Below the pieces are notes generated by a model. It was not told where the DNA came from and did no database searches. It was given only the letters and a program-made list of their open reading frames with translations. A program made the translations under genes and the position numbers. Positions 12,211 through 23,377 of a stretch of 64,000 nt of DNA are shown in pieces; within the stretch, counting starts at the first letter, position 1; every line of letters starts with the position of its first letter. The DNA comes from Eledone cirrhosa (taxonomy: Eukaryota): the NCBI GenBank assembly GCA_964016885.1, contig OZ024741.1, positions 16,368,001 to 16,432,000 of the forward strand. Direction: 5' to 3'.

Positions 12211-13285
12211 GTGAGTACTAGTACATATCTGTAACTGTGTCTTGTTGGAATGTTTAGAATAATAATATCAAAAATCTACTAGAGGTGAATACATGTGACT
12301 GAGTGTGGTGCTCTGAATATTAGCCCTTCCATCACCATATTTCTAATAAAAGGCACAGCCTATATTTTCCATATATCTGCTTCTTCCCCCACTTCTTCCT
12401 GAGAAGGTCATGGGGGCAGAGTCATCAAACACACCTTCCGGCGAGACCTGTTGGAAGCAACCATCTCTGACCAGTCAAGTTCATGGATGTTATCCAACCA
12501 TCTTGCTCTGGGTCTCCTGCTCGTTGATTTGCCCATAAAATCTGTCCTGTGATTCTTTCCTAAGACACTCTAATCCCATGCCCATAGTATTGGAGCTGTG
12601 ATTTCTCAATTCGGAGAGGTAGTAGCTCTACCTGGAGTGACTGTTCTCCGAGCTACACACTCGTAACGTTACTCCAAGGGACTTAGTGATGTATCAATAT
12701 TATTGTTAGTGTTTGAAATATAACAAAGATTCTTGCCTAATTATGATGGAAGGTTTTTAATTAAATAGCATTTTAGACAGTTTTGTATTGTAGAATCAGG
12801 TGTGGTTTAGATTCATGACATACATTGGTTTACACTAATTAAACTGTTCACCTTTGCTTTATTGTATATTGTCTGTTGTTAACTAACATGAGCATACCAT
12901 ATATACTCGAATATAAGCCTCCCTCCCTCCATTTTTTCTTAGAAATAGGCGAAAATGCAAACCCTGTTTATAAACTGAGGCAACTAATCATCACATGGTG
13001 TATATAAGCCTCACTGTAAATGTGGCTGGAAGGGCATCCAGCTGTAAGAATCAGCCAAATTTACCGTTCCGCCTGAGCAAAGTGTGGCATGGCCTACTGT
13101 CCAGACTTGTCTCATGACGTAGGCAACCTGACTAACCCATGTAAGCATGGAAAAGTGATTATGAAGCCAACTTCATGTTTTACATGGATATATATTTTTG
13201 TTGGTTTATATACAATATATACATCACCTTATTGTGTACAGTTCTGTAATTTAGTATTGAAGACTTGATGTTGGTTGTATTTCAG

Positions 13286-13407
13286 ATTTCCCAAATTCTG
13301 TGATTGGTTCACATCTCCGACAACAGGTAGAAGACAGACTCTTATATTATGAAACAGGTTCCACACCAAAGAAAAACATTGATATTATGAGGTTGGCACT
13401 TGCAGAG
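13286..13407 (+). CDS. NOP56: NOP56 exon (FPNSVIGSHLRQQVEDRLLYYETGSTPKKNIDIMRLALAE)
   Basis: ttcAG/GTgag boundaries; conserved QVEDRL.YETG motif; ends in phase 0. Confidence 0.96.
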
Positions 13408-14558
13408 GTGAGCAATTATTTGAATATATGTTTACATTACTGAAACATGAAGTCAATCTATAGAAGTTGAGCATTTATTTGCTGGGGATAAGCAACTATT
13501 TATACATTAGATATATATACACAAATATTGGCTTACCCCAGCTAGAGATAACTTCTATATCCTCCATGCACTAACAATAGTGGTAAGAAACCCTCAGGAG
13601 AGCTAGACAGCAGAGGGGGTGGGAACATTTGTACATACAGAAGTTAGATATTGTTGGGAGTTGGCAACTATTTATGTATATAATATCTAATGCCTACAAA
13701 GGCAAACATAAAATGGTGATGATGGTAAACATGATGTCTGGAATTTGGTTTTTGCTTTGGTGATCATCTATTTAGGTATTGTAGTTTATTAATACATACA
13801 TTCTGTGAAATTTGGTAGTTGCAGGAGTTAATGTCTCTTTTGTCAAGTTTATAACAAAACAATATACTGTCGTGTTTCTATTGTGAAAGTAAATCAAGAA
13901 TTATGAGAGGATTAGTGAAACAACTAACTTTTATCCTAATAATGGTTCCTGATTTAGGTACAGGGCCAACAATTTTTGGAGAGTGAGGGGCAAGTTGAAT
14001 TAAATTGACCCCAGTATGTTACTGGTACTTTTATCGAGCCTGTATGGATGAATGGCAGAGCGGGATTTTAATTAAGACTGTAATGGGCCATAAATCTATG
14101 CTGCAAAGATTGGTGTCTGATGTTCTACCGATACTACCAATCCACCACCCTTTTATCTTAATAATAAAAGATATTTAACTACTGACATCTGGTATTATCT
14201 GTCGTGTAATAATGAGATTTTTGAATAGATGTGGTTTTTATTGCTGTTTAAGGTGTGAAACAGTTGAGAACTGAAGTAGTTGGCAGAAATAATTATCAAT
14301 TTGTATATATGTATTGATGTGTGAGGACTAGATTCTAGCACTATCTCAGCTTAATCTCCTTGTGTGTGTGTATTTACTTAGGTCAATTTGTATATTGATA
14401 TGTCAGGTCTGTAGATTTAAGCACTATCTTAGCTGTGTGTATATTGTTACTTTTGAGATCTGTAGAGTGTGGTACTTGTTGAGGTGTGTATTATCTCTTT
14501 AACCATTTCATTTCCAGATTTCTAATGATATAAACTCTTATTTCAATGAATTCATTAA

Positions 14559-16880
14559 TCCTTTCGTTACCAAACCACCCGAAAAAAATTTGGTTCATGT
14601 GACCAAGCCGCCCAATACCGCCCGTACTCACACATTCATATTTAAATGAGAATATCAGAGCAAATCTCGTTAGTACATTCGTGAAAACACGTGATTATAC
14701 TATGTAAACAATTGAGCTACAGTTTTGGACAAATATCGACGTTTTATTTTAATTCTGTGAATTTGGGGAGATTTTTTTCCAAATTTGTTCCTATTGTATT
14801 TTGAAAATTTTTAATTCTGACAAAAAATGGATACCAATTCCATTCAGTCAAGCAGCAAGTCAGAATTCGCAGGATTTTCTACTGAAGACCTTGAAAAATC
14901 TAACTCTATAACTGAAAAAAAAAAAGCACGTGGTATTTGATAATGAATCCGATGTTTCATTTTCCGAAAGTGAAAGCAGTGAATCCGAGAGCTCCGATGA
15001 CGGCGATAAAGAAAATGAATTGGCACCTGAATGGAGTAAAAATTTTAAAACTGTTTCTTTCAGTGATTTTTATGAAGAAACTGGACCAAGTCACAGTCTA
15101 TCCCAGGAGAGCAAAGCTTTAGACTATTTCCTTTTACTTTTTCCTATGAGCTTGTTTGAAATTATTACAGCGGAAACAAACCGTTACGCTGAAAGTAAAA
15201 GTGAAAAAAAAAGGATAGTTTGTGGTTTCCCCCAAGCTTAAATGAAATTAGGGCTTATTTTGCCATAAATATTATTATGGACATTAGAAAGCTACCCAGA
15301 ATTACAAATTACTGGAGTACCGATGAACCCTTTGGAGACGAATATGTCTCAAGTATAATGACGAGGACACGGTTTTTAAAATTACGCAGTATTTACATGT
15401 AAGAGACAAGCAGTACACCAGTACGTGGAGAACCAAACTATGATCCATTATTTAAAATAAGACCCCTCATTGATCATTGATTGTGTTCAAAACATATAAA
15501 ACAGTTTACAAACCAGGGAGATATTTATCTATCGATGAGGGTATGGTGGGCTATAAAGGCCGAGTGCGTTTTCGACAACATATGCCAGGAAAGCCCACAA
15601 AATGGGGGATCAAAGTTTGGAAGATTTGCGAATCGAATACTGGGTACTGCTCTGGATTTGAATTTTATACTGGCAAAAGAGACAATTATGTAAGTCAGCA
15701 TGGCCTAGGGTATGATGTGGTTTGGAATTTATCACTTCCATACCATAACCAGGGCCGTATATTACTTTTTGACCCGTTTTTGGTACATGGGTGGTGTAGA
15801 TCGGATGAATGAGATGATGTCTTATTATTCAGTTGGCAGACAGGGGAATAAATGGTGGCGATACCTGGTTTGGTATATAGTAAATATGAGTATTACTAAT
15901 GCGTTTATACTATATACCAAATCGGGACCGGCTCGAAAGCGATGCGACCATCTGCAGTTCCGAGCAGATATAGCAACACAATTAAGAGCTGGTTATTCCT
16001 AAAAAAAAAATAACTGTAGGTAGAAAAACCAAAGCCTGCCAGAGAGATATCCCTCTGAATTCAGCCGATCTCCATAAATTAGAAAAAAAAAAAAAAAAAA
16101 AAAATCCGAGGGTCGCAAAAGGCAGTGTCGTGAATGCCTTCATCAAAAAAGGAAAGCTCCTAGTGGAAGGTCTGTTGAAACAACTTTCCAAGGTTGCATT
16201 ATGTAGAGCAGGGTGCTTTACAAGTTTTCATGATAGAAATATTGTTTGATTTGTATATATGTGATTTTATTTTATTAATATTTTCAAATTTACATCGTTT
16301 TTCTTTTTCTTTGTGTAATTTTAATTTACCTGTAAGGTGAATGACGAGTTTTGTTTAATTTCTTTTGTAAATCATTATTGTATATTTCTGCATATCTATG
16401 TATGTGGGAGAGCTTATTTAATCTAGTTGATGGTGTGTGTGTATTTTGTTTTCTAGTTTTCTCCAGACAAATTCCAGTCTTTCGTTTTATTTATACCTTT
16501 ATGGTACACCTGTCTTTTGTGTGTTTAAATTCGCCTGATAAATCCATTAATGTGCACAACTCTTCTATAGTAAAATTTTTTGTATACCCAATTGAATATT
16601 AGCTAATAACCCATTTTCTATAGCGATGTTTGAACAAAATTTAAATAATTTCATATTTCGTTGAATTTACCTGTAATTAGAGTCACTTTGAGACAAAAAT
16701 TATGGAATAGAATTGGTTGAGAACCTTTCGTTAAATTTCATTCCAAAAATCACATTAATATGTTGATAAATAAAAAAGTTAGAGTTGTTTAATGAAACCA
16801 GACTAAATTTATGATTATGTTAGAAATTAATTGAAACACATAAGGGGTGTATTTTGGTTAGAAATATGGTAACGAAAGGG
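14559..16880 (+). mobile_element. Defective piggyBac DNA transposon, copy 2 (both ends present, internal deletion)
   Basis: TTAA|TCCTTTCGTTACCA...TGGTAACGAAAGGG|TTAA; near-identical to copy 1 but lacks ~258 bp (copy-1 positions 401-658). Confidence 0.95.
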
Positions 16881-17921
16881 TTAATCCTTTTGTTACCAAC
16901 CCATTCAAAACCAGCTCTGGTTCTATGAAATTAAACCACTCATTTTAAAGGTTTCCAAATTAAATTAAAATCTTCCATCATAATTTTATATTAGAACCTT
17001 ACATTAAGTTACTATCTTAGTATTGAAATAATTAATATAATAGTGTTGGTAATCCTTCAAAATTCTTCATTAATTAATTTAACCCTTTCATGACTACATT
17101 TCCAATGTAGTCATGAAAGGGTTAAATGATTGGAGTGCTTTACTAAAATTGTTTCATTTACATGGTCTAGTGGTAAGGGTTTGGGACTTAGGATCATAAT
17201 GTGGGTTCAATTCCTGGTTGAGCAAAATACCTTTCACATTGCTCCAGTATGCTATGCTGAAAATGGGTATCAGCAAAAACTGGGGTGGGGTCTGGTACTC
17301 TCAACCGCTTCACATCACTGAAACCAGGTTAAGCATTGATGGTGATCCTCCGTGTTCGAGACAGACTTTAAGGCTGTGATAGACTGGCATCCTGTCCATG
17401 GGGATGTCTTGTACTCTGTCACTTCACGCCACTGAAGGCGTGTTAGCAAACAAAGATAGCAATTTACCATATGATTCTTATATATAATATCTTGGCAGAT
17501 TATTATTTGAGTAGCTACACTTTAGGATGTGGTTCTGTTTCAGCACATTGGGCAGGTTGGCTTGAAAGGGGTTATATATATATATATATCTATGTTGGTG
17601 CCGCGCCATCGAGGCCGAAACAAATGAGATCGTGTAGGTGTCACGACAAAAAAACACACAGTCCACGCTGTAATGTGGCCGTGTAGGCAACACGGTAAAA
17701 ACCTCCCAGACCCACACTGTAAATGTGGTTGGTGTTAGGAAGGGCATCCAACTGTAGAAAACCTGCCAGACAGTCCTATGCGAGCAAGACAATCACTCTT
17801 GCCTCAAGTGGGACTACCCCCGTCCAAACCCATGCAAGCGTGGAACACGGACGTTAAACGTTGATGATGATGATGATGATGATGTTGTGCATGTAGAGTG
17901 TTTTTTTTTTTTGCTCACTTC

Positions 17922-18039
17922 TCCAATGATGAAACCATCCTTGCGCTCAGAGTGTTGGAGTCTGCTACGGCAACTTCAGACATGTTATTCAACCCAGGGA
18001 CCAAGGATGACCAATGTGTGGTCACTTTGGGTCTGAGGA
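17922..18039 (+). ncRNA. Box C/D snoRNA, predicted 2'-O-methyl guide for U6 snRNA C68
   Basis: Terminal stem TCC/GGA, box C ATGATGA (17926-32), guide CATCCTTGCGC (17936-46) complementary to U6 GCGCAAGGAUG, D' CAGA (17948-51), CAGGG (17995-99), C' AGGATGA (18004-10), box D CTGA (18033-36). Confidence 0.85.
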
Positions 18040-18199
18040 CAAGTGAAGCAAGTTCTATTATAAAGCCCCCTCCCCCAATTCTTGCCTCTTCCATCATCAT
18101 CAGATGACCAATGTGTGGTCACTTTGGGTCTGAGGACAAGTGAAGCAAGTTCTATTATAAAGCCCCCTCCCCCAATTCTTGCCTCTTCCATCATCATCA
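18006..18199 (+). repeat. Perfect 97-bp tandem duplication
   Basis: 18006-18102 is repeated at 18103-18199. Confidence 0.95.
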
Positions 18200-18793
18200 T
18201 CATCAGCATTTTTACATTCGTTTTTCCACAATTGCATGGGTTGGACAGGTCCTTCTTGACATTGCATCTCTCCACTCATCGCATTCCTTTGTCATATCTG
18301 TGATTTGAGGTCAGCTCTCAACAACCTCTGCCCAGGTCTTTCTTGGTCTTCATCTGTGCATCACAGTCTTCTCTCCTGCACACCACTTTAGATTCCTCTT
18401 AAACAAACCCAGCTTCTCCCTTGACTTGTCGATGCTCTGCCATGCACATTTACATTGCACATCCAATGAAGCATGGTTGCTTCATTTCTCTTCAGTCTAC
18501 ACCTGTCATTTACAGTCACAGCCCATGCTTCACTACCATGCAGCATTTTCATCAACTTGTATTCTAGGTAAATAAGGTGCTCAAATATTTTCACTTTGGA
18601 GGAGAAATTTATTTTTCCTATTTTTTAATATTGTCTTCAAAACGGTAGGAAACTGAAAGAAAACTGTTCTCTAAATGACACTTAAAACATTTTAAATACC
18701 AAAATATTAAAACGAAAGAGATAATGTGTGTGTCTGAAGGTAATGAAAATTCACAGGTTGTCATCTAATTGGCTGTTTTCTCTTCCTTTTCAG

Positions 18794-19444
18794 GTTACTA
18801 ATCTTTACATCAAACATCTGAAAAAGGAAAAGAAAAAGAAGAAAAAGTCTTTGGCAATTGTAGAACTAGCAGACAATGCTGTGGTCAATGGCGATACTGT
18901 GGTGGGCATTCCTATTGATGACAACGGTGATGTTGTTGGTGAGGAGAAATTAACACCTTCAAAGAAGAAACGGAAGATGCTGGAGGAAGGCAATGCTAAG
19001 GAGGAGGTCGAGGAAACACCGAAGAAAAAGAAAAAGAAGAAATCATCTGAAGATGTAATAGTTATTGCTGACACGCCAGGGGAGAAGAAGAAGAAGAAAC
19101 AAGAAAGTGTGGTGGAAGAGGTGGAGGTTATTGATGTTAATGGTGGTGATACACCGTCATCGAAGAAGAAGAAGAAAAAGAAGAAAGCTGATGAAGAAGA
19201 GGAGGAGAAGGAGATAGAAGTTGTAAATACTGAGACTCCGGTTACGTCAAAGAAGAAGAAGAAGAAAAAGGTTGAAGAAGATAAGATGGAGGTAGAGGTT
19301 GTAAATACAGAGACCCCATCAAAGAAGAAGAAAAAGAAAAAGAAGTCTGAAGAGAATGTGGAGGCAGAAGTTGTTGTGGTGGAGACTGAAACTCCTAAGA
19401 AGAAAAATAAAAAAAAGAAATCTAAAGAGAAGGATGATGAATGA
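18794..19444 (+). CDS. NOP56: NOP56 terminal exon, Lys/Glu-rich tail, stop TGA at 19442-19444
   Basis: ttttcAG acceptor in phase 0; K/E-rich tail typical of NOP56. Confidence 0.92.
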   Translation, partial: VTNLYIKHLKKEKKKKKKSLAIVELADNAVVNGDTVVGIPIDDNGDVVGEEKLTPSKKKRKMLEEGNAKEEVEETPKKKKKKKSSEDVIVIADTPGEKKKKKQESVVEEVEVIDVNGGDTPSSKKKKKKKKADEEEEEKEIEVVNTETPVTSKKKKKKKVEEDKMEVEVVNTETPSKKKKKKKKSEENVEAEVVVVETETPKKKNKKKKSKEKDDE

Positions 19445-19542
19445 ATAAGTGTATGTATGTATGTATGAGTGAGTGCTTATTGTTGGCATTTGTAATGGAC
19501 CATTTAACATTTTTTTTTTTTTTTTTTTGGAAAGTATTTACA

Positions 19543-19548
19543 AATAAA
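19543..19548 (+). promoter_or_regulatory. Candidate NOP56 polyadenylation signal
   Basis: AATAAA ~100 nt after the stop codon. Confidence 0.45.
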
Positions 19549-19929
19549 AAAAAAATTAAAATTTTAATATATTCAGTTATCATTTTTGGAAAGACATTGA
19601 TTAAAGATGGGGCGAAACAAAAGCTATTTGTGGGGTGTGCAATATGGACAATTGGAGAATCTTGTGTATAAACCCCAGTACCTCTTTTTTTTTTAAATCT
19701 TGCACGTATTTCATTTATTTATCAATCTGCTAAGTTTCAAGGCAAAAACTGTCAATACACATATTTGACAGGCTTCTGCGCAGTTTCTGTCTACTACTCT
19801 TCACTCACAAGAAATTAGGGAACCCAAAGCTGTAGTAGAAGACACTTGAATAAGGTGTGGTGCAGCTGGACTGAAGTTGAAATAATGTGGTTGCAAAGTG
19901 AACCTGTTATCCACGCAGGTCCTGTGTCA

Positions 19930-20110
19930 TAGATAACATTTAATGAGTGGGGTGGGGGTAACACCTGATAGTATATGTGTGTGTGTAGGTGTATATGTAG
20001 ATAACATTTAATGGGTGGGGTGGGGGTAACACCTGATAGTATATATGTGTGTGTGTGTAGGTGTATATGTAGATAACATTTAATGAGTGGGATGGGGGTA
20101 ACCTGATAGT
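19930..20110. repeat. ~3 copies of a ~62-bp tandem repeat
   Basis: Unit TAGATAACATTTAATGAGTGGGGTGGGGGTAACACCTGATAG(TA/TG)n. Confidence 0.8.
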
Positions 20111-20689
20111 GTGTAGGTGTCAAAAAAAAACAGTCCACGCTGTAATGTGGTTGTGTAGGTAACACAGTAAAAAGCTCCCAGTCCACTATAAATGTGGTTG
20201 GTGTTAGGAAGGGCATCCAGCCGTAGAAAACCTGCCAGATAGTCTTATACGAGTGAGACACAGTCACCCGACAAATCTTGTCTCAAGCGGGACAACTCCC
20301 GTCTAACTCATGCTAACATGGAAGATAGACGTTAAACGAGGGTCAGCTGAAAAGTTCATAGGCTGACCAAGACACTCATGGAATGACCAAATGATGTTTA
20401 ACCTTTAACACAATGTCTGGAAAGAAACTAGAAGATATGAATCGAGTTGGGAGGCAGAAATAATTAGCAATAGATTTGCTTGATTTCATGTCAAAACTAA
20501 TGAAAATGTTTAATTTTGTTGACTGGGTCAGAATCTCTCCCATGACTGGACTTCCAAGGAATTACAGAGAGGATTGACAGTAATTTCTACAAGAATCTAT
20601 TCACTACATAACCCTTTTCTAACAGTTGTAAGAGCAATTACATATAGAACAAGAGGACAAGATCTGAAGCAGTTCCATTTCTTTCAATG

Positions 20690-21025
20690 ATAAATGAAAT
20701 TATTGTGTAGTGCTCAGGTGCACTACAACTCATCAAATGTCAGGGAAGTGTATAGTGTATGAGTCATGATATACATGTATGGTGTTGGAAAATCTCAGGA
20801 AGCATGGAGGTTTTAAAGGATGCAGTGTTCTTGCAGGTAGTTTGTTCCATGATTCAGTAACTCTGAGTGTGGAAAAATGTTTCCGAAAGTCATGGGAGCT
20901 ACTGTTTTCTGATTTTGTTAGCATGCCCACGTGTGTTAGACACATGGAAATCAAAAAGGTGCTCAGGGTTGTTGGCGAGATGGTTAATAATTTTGCCAGA
21001 CGGAGATTCAATGCCCAGGGAAGCA
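20690..21025 (-). mobile_element. CR1/L2-group LINE 3' fragment
   Basis: C-terminal motif HDFRKHFSTLRVTESWNKLP, typical of CR1/L2 ORF2 ends. Confidence 0.75.
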
Positions 21026-22639
21026 AAGTATTCAGAGTATGGTATGATAGATATAATATATAATGTTGCTACCAGTTGTTGCAACAATGTTTAACACCTC
21101 TATATATACTATTGTATTTTCACAGTAAACACTTTATCTCAAATAACATCGAATCTGCAAGATTTTGATATTTATTTCGAGAACAATACCATAACCCTTT
21201 AGCATTTAGATTACTCTATATATATTATGGTATTTTTGTGGTAAAGGCTTTATCTCACATAATATTGAATCTACGAGATTTTGATGTTGTATCATCATCA
21301 TCATCAACATTTCATTTTACTTTCACTTTTTCCCTGCTTGCAAGGGTGGGGCGGGAACTGATTCTGGCTTGATTTCTACAGCTGGATGCCCTTCCTCACA
21401 CCAACCTCATTTACAGTGAGTGCTGGAGCAATGTCAAATAAAGTGTCTTGCTCAAGGAAACATCACCCGGTCTGAGAATTGAACTCACAACCTTTCGATT
21501 GCAAGGCCAATGCTCTAACCACTAAGCCCTGTGCCTCCTTGTATATTTTGAGAAATATGAATGTCATTATGAATGGTCAGTTACAGCCAGTTTGAACAGA
21601 AAGAGGTGAGATTTATGGCCGGTTTAAATACTAAATGTGAAATAAAGTGTCTTATTTCCTTGAGCAATCACTTTATTTCACATTGTTCCAGTTTACTCAG
21701 CTGTAGAAATGAGATGATAGGACTGGGGTCCCTCTCATTCCACTGCAAAGTAGTCGTGGAGGTGCCACGGCACAAAAACACCCAGCCCACACTAAAGTGG
21801 ACGTGTAGGCGCCACGGAAAAAAAAAGCACCCAGCATTCACTGTAAATGAGGTTGGTGTTAGGAAGGGCATCCAGCTGTAAAAATCAAGCCAGAATCAGT
21901 TCCCGTATGAGCAAGACAAAGTCAGCCGACTGGACACTGCCCACAACAGGACAACCCGTCTAACCCATGCTAGCGTGGAAGTGGTGAGTTGGTCAAATAA
22001 TTAGCTGTATTTATTCTGGCTCTTTTATTTTCTGAGTTCTAACTCTGCTGAACCAACTTTGCCTTTCATTCTTTCAGGGTTCATAAATAAAGTCCCTCTC
22101 AAGTACTGCGGTAATTGACTTTTCCCTCCACATAAATTTCAGGTCATGTGCCTAAAATTAGAACAATAACCAGAGTCCCTTTAACTCTGAACATTCTCTA
22201 ATGATTTAGAAGATACTAAAAATTAGGTTTGCTAATTCAAATTGGTATAGAATCTTTAATAAGGGTTGATTTATATGATGGTGATGGTTTGTATTTTTCA
22301 AGAATGTCTTGCTAATACTAAACAATGTGAAGTGTTAAATTACATACTCTTGGGTCCCAAATGATAGGAGAGAAGGAACAGGTAAATTTTCTACGTTACC
22401 TTTGTTGGTGGTGTTTTTTTTTTTTTTTTTTTTTTAATTAGTCGTTTAGTTTACATATTGAGACTCCAACCCATCCTATTTATTTTATAATGTATGGAAT
22501 TTCTAGTAATGTACTTGTTTGTCATGTAAAACACTTTTTTATGTCTAAAGAAAATTGTTACAGGAATGCTACCACTTGAAAATAAAATTTCACCAAGGAT
22601 AGATTACCAAAATTTGAGGGGGGGGGGGGGTATATCTAC

Positions 22640-22806
22640 AAGGGTCAGCTGAAAAGTTCATTGGCTGACTAAGTGAGGTTTATTTTTCAACGTGTTCCTT
22701 GGGAAGAAAGAATGAAGTTATTAATAAGAAGAGTTGAAATTAATGCAAGATTTCACAGCTCTAGCATCACTTGTTCATAGGCAGCCTATTTCAGCTGACT
22801 CTCGTA
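22640..22806. mobile_element. mariner-like MITE (related fragments at ~6421, 20337, 23790-24092)
   Basis: TA-C.AGGGTCAGCTGAAAAGTT...TTCAGCTGACTCTCG-TA inverted ends. Confidence 0.7.
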
Positions 22807-23028
22807 TATATAAACTAGTGGTTCCATAAAATAAGGACCAGACTTAAGTACTGCGGTTAATATAATGGTCTAAATGTGGCTCATCACCATCATTCCAATG
22901 ACTGAAAGAATATATAGAAAATAGAAACCATCATTGTTTAACGTCTATTTTTCCAGATTGTCTCATTTGAGGTGACCATGTTTCTGGCTGGATGCCCTTC
23001 CTAATGCTAACCTCATTTACAGTATGAG

Positions 23029-23377
23029 CTGGGTGCTTTTTGTCGTTACACCTACATGACCACTTTACAGTGTGGACTGGGTGCTTTTTGTTGTGACACC
23101 TACATGACCACTTTACAGTGTGGGCTGGGTGCTTTTTGTTGTGACACCTACATGACCACTTTACAGTGTGGACTGGGTGCTTTTTGTTGTGACACCTACA
23201 TGACCACTTTACAGTGTGGACTGGGTGCTTTTTGTTGTGACACCTACATGACCACTTTACAGTGTGGGCTGGGTGCTTTTTGTTGTGACACCTACATGAC
23301 CACTTTACAGTGTGGACTGGGTACTTTTTGTTGTGACACCTACATGACCACTTTACAGTGTGGGCTGGGTGCTTTTT
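23029..23377. repeat. 48-bp minisatellite, ~7 copies, derived from the SINE/RTE UTR module
   Basis: Unit GGGTGCTTTTTGTTGTGACACCTACATGACCACTTTACAGTGTGGRCT; contiguous with a minus-strand GGATGCCCTTCCTAA module. Confidence 0.92.

Noticed and set aside
13482-13630. Possible H/ACA RNA (GCTGGGG/CCCCAGC stem, AGATAA, ACA)
   Set aside because: No open pseudouridylation pockets at canonical spacing and no target found.
17900-18010. Poison-exon acceptor (CTCAC branch point, CAG at 17948-50) as SNORD86-like autoregulation
   Set aside because: Weak pyrimidine tract next to the AG and no good donor; the CAGA is better explained as box D'. RNA-seq junctions at 17951 would revive the idea.
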